From assembly GCF_041146345.1 (NCBI RefSeq), contig NW_027191404.1:2776517-2796516 (forward strand): a stretch of DNA of 20,000 nucleotides. The letters run 5' to 3'. The position numbers and the translations under genes are program-made. The notes beneath the pieces are model-generated. The model was given only the letters and a program-made list of their open reading frames with translations. It was not told the DNA's origin and did no database searches. The stretch is from Neodothiora populina (Eukaryota). Each line of letters opens with the position of its first letter. Within the stretch, counting starts at the first letter, position 1. Positions 13,803-20,000 of this stretch are shown here, piece after piece.

Positions 13803-14879
13803 TTAAGAGGAAGAGACACACTGCGAGTAGTAAGGGTTCTGCTCCTTGCAGGTGGAGCCTGTGACGCAAGTGGTGGCACCAGTGTAACCGGAACCACCAC
13901 ACTGGCCGTATAGAGCAACAGAGCCAGAGACAGTGGTTGCGGTAGGGGTAGCGCTAGCTGCTGAGGTCTTGACCAAGGTGGCCAGGGTGGTGGGGGCAGC
14001 GGAGGAGACAGGGGTAGCGCTGGCAACTGATGTCTTGACCAAGGTGGCGAGAGTGGTAGGGGCAGCAGAGGAGACAGGGGCAGCAGAGCTGGTAGCAGGT
14101 GCGGGGGCAGAGGAGGTGGCAGCGACAGCGCTGGAGGAGACCACAGCAGCCTGGGTGTTGACAGCAGAGGAAGAGGCACCAGACCAGACGGGAGGGCCAG
14201 GAATGGGGTAGCTAGTGAAGCCGTTGTAGATGTCGAAGTGAATACCGGCATCAGTGGCCTTGTATGCGCCAGGGATGCTGACACCAGCGGGGAGGCTGGT
14301 GGCACCGGAAGAAGTGATTTTGACCTGGACACACTCCATGTAGAGCTGGGCGCCTCCGAGAGTACCACCCTCGTGAAGGGCGATGATCTCAGCACGGAGA
14401 AGGTAATTTCCAGCGGTGATGTCGGGGATAGTGATGGAGTGCTTGCCTTTGTTGGCAATGAGGGTATCAACAGCCCACTGCTTGGTGCTGGCATCGTAAC
14501 CATCCTCGGCGATCTTTACCCAGCCACTGCCGGAAGAGCCGGTGTCGGTAGGGGCGATGTAGACCATAACAGGGCCCTTGTGGGAAGAGGCAATGATATC
14601 GTCAGACTCGCTGCGGCTGTCATGGTGCCATTCAAAGGTGAACTTGTCGCCGGCAGCAACGGACAGAGTCTTTGCGGTGGCAACGTTGTTGACATTGCAG
14701 GTCATGTCCGAGGAGGTCACGTCCTTGACGGGGTTGTTGTTGGGAGGAGACCTGATGTAACCAGCAGCGGTGTTGCCGAGACCTTGGTCGACATCATTGA
14801 TCCAACCAGCGTAGATGGTGGTGTGGGCGAAGGCCAGCTTCGCGGAGGCAATAAGAGCAATCAATGCAGCATTCTTCAT
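13803..14879 (-). CDS. Secreted AA9 (formerly GH61) lytic polysaccharide monooxygenase with Ser/Thr/Ala linker and C-terminal CBM1; intronless, intact
   Basis: Signal peptide [18 protein letters not shown] is followed by His1 (HTTIY). Second copper His in [16 protein letters not shown], and Q-x-Y in [13 protein letters not shown]1 [32 protein letters not shown] has four Cys. Strong C/T-ending codon bias. Confidence 0.97.
   Translation of the reverse strand: MKNAALIALIASAKLAFAHTTIYAGWINDVDQGLGNTAAGYIRSPPNNNPVKDVTSSDMTCNVNNVATAKTLSVAAGDKFTFEWHHDSRSESDDIIASSHKGPVMVYIAPTDTGSSGSGWVKIAEDGYDASTKQWAVDTLIANKGKHSITIPDITAGNYLLRAEIIALHEGGTLGGAQLYMECVQVKITSSGATSLPAGVSIPGAYKATDAGIHFDIYNGFTSYPIPGPPVWSGASSSAVNTQAAVVSSSAVAATSSAPAPATSSAAPVSSAAPTTLATLVKTSVASATPVSSAAPTTLATLVKTSAASATPTATTVSGSVALYGQCGGSGYTGATTCVTGSTCKEQNPYYSQCVSSS
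13944..14080 (-). repeat. Tandem 66-bp duplication in the LPMO linker (2 x 22 aa, [16 protein letters not shown][V/A]ASATP)
   Basis: Copies at 13944-14009 and 14010-14075 align without gaps and show 8 mismatches in 66 nt. Confidence 0.92.
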
Positions 14880-14986
14880 TTTTAAAGAGAGTGGGAGTCT
14901 AAAAGACCAAAGAGTGACTAGAAGGAAAGACTAATTTTTTTTTGAATGGATGAAGATGTCTTGGAGAAGAAGAAAGACTATACATC

Positions 14987-14993
14987 TTATATA
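14987..14993 (-). promoter_or_regulatory. Probable TATA box of the AA9 gene
   Basis: TATATAA on the minus strand about 110 nt upstream of the ATG. It is followed by a CT-rich tract, an A-run and an AAAAATG start context. Confidence 0.55.
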
Positions 14994-16850
14994 CCTACCA
15001 GGTCCACGATATCTGAATTGACAGTCCCAGCACTGTTAGCGGCTTAGGAGATGATGGTCAGTCCTGGCATCCATAACAAGCATTGCCAAGGCGTGTCATT
15101 GCCCCTTCGCCTGCTCGCGTAGGTGGCCGTTCATCCAGGATTGTAAATGTTGCTTCATCCCGCCTCCGCCTCCATGTACATTATGGCATTTCGTATAGTT
15201 AGTGCCTTGGCCCTGCTTCTGTGGTCGTTGCTACCGGTACTACACTGACTAGGCGGCTCCCACGATGCACACAACGGATCTTGTCCTAGACACAGACCAT
15301 GTGTCGATACTTAATCACATCGATTGAGACAGGAAAGGAAATGCTGCGAGACCTAGCACAGCGCCTAGGCAGGTCAATAGCTTGGCTGCACTTGGCAATG
15401 TTGCAAATGGAAGAATTACTACAGGAGCGTTCCTACAGATCAAAGTCGAGGAGCGCCTTTCATATAGCGTAGTGCACAAAGTGTGCCCATTGCTGAAGGG
15501 CCAAGGTAGTAAATCAACCGAGGAGTTTCATGATATCTCCTATATAACGCCACCGGCGGGTCGAAGCTTATAATGTCTTGGCGGCTGAATCTGAAACTCA
15601 ATCGCTTAGACATGAAACATCCAGGACCACCCCACAAGAGACGCACTTCGGGGCCCAGATGCTTTGCGTTTGCCGCCCTTATTAGTTCATCGTATCCATC
15701 ACTATAACCACCACTCTCACTAGTGTGCCGCACACAAATCGGCCTCTCGGTCAAAACGTCATCCTCTCTCCCCTGAGTCTAGTTTTCCTCGCTTCGTCTC
15801 GTACAACCTTGCAAGGCCTTACTATGTGATAACTCACACTATCAGATAGCGTGGCAGCGTAGCAGCGTGATAAAATTCTATTCTCGTGTTTGAAGGCGCT
15901 AGGACGTCGCGAGATGACACATAGCAGGAAGCGGATCAGGCACGGCATCGCGCCGTTAGCTGCGCTGCAGTCTTCTTGCGGATTAGTCGAGACCTGGCCT
16001 GGTCGGCGAAGAAGCTTTAGCCGGTCGGGCCTCTCGCTTGCTCCTCGCAAGATCCTAATCGACGCTTAAATGAGGTCGGTAAGAGCAGTAGCGCTTAGAA
16101 ATTGTGTTCTTGCAGCCTCAAGATATATACAGTGGGTATCCTACACCACGACGAATTTAGAAAGCTTGCTTCCAACTTCATCAGTCAACTTTATCGTGCT
16201 CTAGCGTGGACAAAGTGATAATGCCACGATGCACAGCAGTCATAAATTCAAGAACGGCGGCACGCATATTGTCAATGGACTTATTGTATATCCACGATTG
16301 ATTAGAGAGAAACTCCTTAGGGATATTCCCACGTCAATTGCTTCACAATCGTGAGGAAAGGATTGATATGAAAGTGTTTGTTGTCGCGACGTGTATCTCC
16401 ACATGTGGATCGTTGTCATCGCTAATCGGAAAGCCTGCGAAGACCTACTACTACACGCGTGTACGTCGCAGTTGATGAGAAAAGCTCGCAATGCGAGCTA
16501 GCCAAGTACAGAGGCGATGAGGGTAACTTATTTGTCGCTGCCGGTCGCAGAAGCCTAGGCACACGAACATCACTCTCTGCCTCGCGACTACTGCATCAAG
16601 GAACAAATCAGAGAATACTAAGGTAGGACACAAACACCACCTGACGCGCTCTTAGAATTCACAGTCGCATGCAGAGCCCGTATCGTAGCGTTGTATTCCC
16701 TATAGACATGGAAAAGACCTTAGAAGGCGACAGGACGACTCTAGGAGCGGCTGGCCACGACAGATTCCAAAACATCAATTTGCTTTCTCTTATACACACG
16801 ACAGGGATGCCCTCTTCAGAGGCACGTCTGAGTATCAAGAACAGATCTAC

Positions 16851-17141
16851 ATGGACACTGAGCAGGTCAAGCTTGAAGTACAGGAGATGCTCGACGACGC
16901 CCTTCTCGACTTCAAGATGGCAGTCGAAGAGGGTCTCAAGGATATCGATGGGCATGTCGAGAAGCACTCCTGTGCTTTGATCTCCGAGATTGAAGAGTAC
17001 GAGCAAAGGGCCGCGCACATCGAGCTTGACCTCGATGCCTCCAAGTCTTCACTGCTGCGGCTTGCCCAGACTTTGTTTCAACCTGCAAGACGCTCAAGCG
17101 CCACCGTAGAGCCGACAGCGCCCAGAGGCAAATCCGTGTAG
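16851..17141 (+). CDS. Hypothetical small acidic, coiled-coil-like protein (possibly the last exon or remnant of a longer gene)
   Basis: 96-aa ORF with helical, E/D/L-rich composition and coding-like codon usage. The frame stays open upstream to 16689. No family recognised. Confidence 0.4.
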   Translation: MDTEQVKLEVQEMLDDALLDFKMAVEEGLKDIDGHVEKHSCALISEIEEYEQRAAHIELDLDASKSSLLRLAQTLFQPARRSSATVEPTAPRGKSV

Positions 17142-19192
17142 TTGACATTCCCTGCTTATGAAGATGTAGTGTAATGTGCTTCGCTCTAGCCTTGCCGCGC
17201 ATCGAGCGGTCGTGATGATGAGCCGTGATCATCAGCGCTCCTTTTAGGGGGACTAATCGTTGTTCTTTGTAGTATTGCTATCGCGTCCTGTCTCCCGTGA
17301 CATCGACCACAGTACGAGTGCTTACTATGCCAGGACGACTACACCTCTGACTATGGTGCAGCGCCAGATGGCGACAATCATTCTGTCGTGGCCGGAAGTC
17401 CGCTCCGCAAGCTTCACATGTTCGCAAAGCGGGAAACCGCCACAATCCTGCCAAGCTCGCCACGGCTCGAGCTTGAACACCAACATCGTCGTAAGTGACT
17501 CGCCCGCTGTGCACTAGGTTTTTTGACCGCGCATGACTAGAACACTCGTACAAAGTCACACGCAGCGGTGTCTACATACGATCTGTAGCGATCGATGCAA
17601 TATTTAGACGTCGTAAAGCGATAGCGACTACACAAGCCTGTCGGGCAGAGATGCACGCGCGACTGAGCGCTCCACCGCGACAGGGACGGAAGAAGCCGAC
17701 GCTCATCTCACCAAAACGATGGGATCATGCTCTTTATCCTAGCTACGCGAGCGATTACATTGGATGAAAGGACTCCGTTTGTGAGCGGTTATGGAACATG
17801 TCATCTGGTCTGGGAAGCTGCCCCTGTAGTAATATGACTCGATGGCAGTAAGCTGGCCGAGCTACTGTATAGCGGAGCTGCCTGTGCGGAACTGCAACAG
17901 CGAAGGCGGCCTTGGCGGAGATACTGCCACAGCGGAGATCCCAAGTGCCGTCGTCACCGCGAACGCTCTTTCTTCCAACACCATGCAAGACGTCCATCCA
18001 GTCACCTTGTTGTAGAATGCTGATGATTATAGAGTATTCCTGTCATCTTATCATCCTATCATAAACGCTGTGTAATTGAGAAATTACTGATATTGCAATT
18101 TTCTGTAGAGAAAAGTCTTGTCCTCTTAAATTCTTCAAGCTCCTAGCGGCGCTTGCAAATTGAGTTCACCGCGCCCAAATTCTCACACCAACTCTCATCA
18201 GCGCCATCATCAACTTCGCAGATCTGAAGGCATTGACATCAATAACGGCTAACTTTGCGTATCTAATGATAAATTGATAGCCATAGCTAGACATTGTCTC
18301 CTCATTACCTTTCCAAGAGCAATGCTTCTTACTTGTACAACCGACCAGGGTCGCCCTGCGTAATGATCTACAACCATCTTCAGTGTGATGGTCGACATAT
18401 TATTAATACATCACGATTGCCCTCGTAGCTCGCTTGGCAGAGAAATATGGCACCAGAGATGTTTCTTCGGCCTTCCAGTCTACAACTTATTGGCTTACAG
18501 TTGATCGTCTAACGGCAGTGGAAGCGGACATGTGGCGTTGTTGACCTTCCGACCTTGATCAATGGTTTCTGCTTGTCAACATTGGCTCAAGCTCCGTGCT
18601 TGGGAATATTGTCCACCTGATCTGCCTATTAATCATGCTACATACTATTTGGCTTGATGTTCCCATCCGCGTTCGCAATGCCATGCGTCGTGTGGTTCTC
18701 GATCTACCGTGAAACACCTATAAGCCAGGTGAGGAATGCGAGCTGTCTATATATGAGGAGACAACTTACCACGCTCATTAGCTGGTATTACGCTCCAAGG
18801 CGTGGGGACTCAGTACGTTGATATATGGAATAGCTACACAGCTGTTGTTGGGCGCCACAGCTGCTAGAACCTACCTTTGAGGCAAGAATTCCGGGCCACG
18901 GTGCTTTGACGCTCGCAAAGTGCTCATGTTCTTTACAAGGTGAGAAACGAACGACTTCACAGGGCTTGTCTTCCGTATGCCCGGAAGAGTAAAGAATTAT
19001 TCTAGAGTAGCTATGCATGATGGCTCCAGTGACTAGTCGTACTAGCGACCAGATCGCAGCAATCAAGATAGCCGCTGTGAGAAGCACGGGAAGAGCGACT
19101 TCTGCCGCCTACTACCATGGCCTTGTACCTCACTGTACGCAATTATCTAATCCTGTTGCAATCCGCATACCAGAGGCGCGATCCGTTTACAC

Positions 19193-19612
19193 TTACATAA
19201 TCCGTCCATTACTATAATGGAAAATTGGCGCTACTGGGGCTACAGTGCAGCGTAGGCGCCCAAGGAACGTCGACAACTTCGTTTGTATGAGGTCACTATT
19301 CGAAGGGATTTTACCATCATCAAAGTCTTCGGTTGGCCCAGCCAGCTCGACAGCGTCAAAGTACACGGCTCGGCAGAGGAGTGTGTCGTTGCTTGACCAA
19401 TATTTGGTATCACCAGGAGCTGTTTTTGTCTGATAGAACATCTTACTCAATAGATATCTGGCGTTTCTGTAGTCCTGTACATCTTGCAAGTACCCAAAGC
19501 AAGAAAGAGCATATGTAGTTGGAACTGCGTGATAGTAATCAAAACGAGTGATTTGATAGCAAACATCCGGGTCTGTGAAAATTACGATGTACAAATGAAC
19601 GATGTTCAGTAG
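19193..19612 (-). other. Possible exon or remnant of an unknown gene
   Basis: About 140 codons of open frame with protein-like composition and no ATG at its 5' end. It ends over a GTAAGT donor-like site (19191-19196). No recognisable domain, and I could not splice a convincing continuation. Confidence 0.25.
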
Positions 19613-19761
19613 CTAAGATGATGCAAATACTTCATCCCTAGGTGGACATGATGTGCTTCAATTCCATCGTCCCTTGGCAAGACGTGATTCGATATCAAAT
19701 CCTTGTTGTGTTGTAAGGAACCACAGCTGATTCAAGTTGCGCCATACATCAATGAGTAGCT

Positions 19762-19866
19762 TCAAGCGATTTCGAACCACTTATCCATCAATAGCTGTTC
19801 TGCTGTTGGTCTATCTCTTGGATCCATCTTCATGATCCTACATATGAAGTCCTTATCATCTTGTGT
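19762..19866 (-). pseudogene. 3' terminal fragment of a Ser/Thr protein kinase gene (subdomain XI and stop), 5'-truncated by the telomere
   Basis: The minus strand translates as TQDDKDFICRIMKMDPRDRPTAEQLLMDKWFEIA*. This matches the kinase C-lobe end pattern DFIxxxxxxDPxxRPTAxxLLxxxWF, including the invariant subdomain XI Arg. Confidence 0.85.
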
Positions 19867-20000
19867 AGGGTTAGGGTTAGGGTTAGGGTTAGGGTTAGGG
19901 TTAGGGTTAGGGTTAGGGTTAGGGTTAGGGTTAGGGTTAGGGTTAGGGTTAGGGTTAGGGTTAGGGTTAGGGTTAGGGTTAGGGTTAGGGTTAGGGTTAG
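19866..20000 (+). repeat. Telomeric (TTAGGG)n array, chromosome right end
   Basis: TAGGG + 21 x TTAGGG + TTAG, a perfect 135-bp array running to the end of the window, with the G-rich strand 5'->3' toward the end. Confidence 0.99.

Noticed and set aside
13697..14885. Long overlapping ORFs 13697-14503 (-), 13933-14211 (+) and 14238-14885 (+)
   Set aside because: Shadow frames produced by the strong codon bias and low-complexity linker of the AA9 gene.
15440..16050. Two abutting minus-strand ORFs of about 100 aa upstream of the LPMO
   Set aside because: No domain motifs or coding-like bias. Probably chance ORFs.
17755..19087. Short minus-strand ORFs and scattered splice-like signals
   Set aside because: I could not assemble a consistent gene model, as there are stops in all tested joins.
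19867..20000. The C-rich telomere strand reads as an open (Asn-Pro)n frame fused in frame to the kinase tail
   Set aside because: Two of the three frames of CCCTAA repeats are open by default, and there is no ATG or promoter, so this is expected by chance.
1..20000. Prokaryotic defence system, CRISPR array or intact transposable element
   Set aside because: The sequence is intron-containing fungal DNA. I saw no repeat-spacer array, transposase or reverse transcriptase motifs, LTRs or terminal inverted repeats.

Overview
Eukaryotic, filamentous-ascomycete-type DNA (short GT-AG introns with CTRAC-like branch sites) forming the right end of a chromosome, closed by about 22 TTAGGG telomere repeats at 19866-20000. 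From left to right: an intact two-exon UNC-93-like MFS transporter; a six-exon MFS transporter with a single in-frame TAG; a full-span but multiply disrupted ABCC/MRP transporter pseudogene; an intact, intronless secreted AA9 lytic polysaccharide monooxygenase with CBM1 on the minus strand; and about 5 kb of poorly coding DNA. The most notable observation is missed by the ORF track. The telomere array is joined directly, with no subtelomeric spacer, into the last 34 codons of a protein kinase gene on the minus strand, which suggests a chromosome break healed by de novo telomere addition. I found no prokaryotic-type system, CRISPR array or intact transposon.
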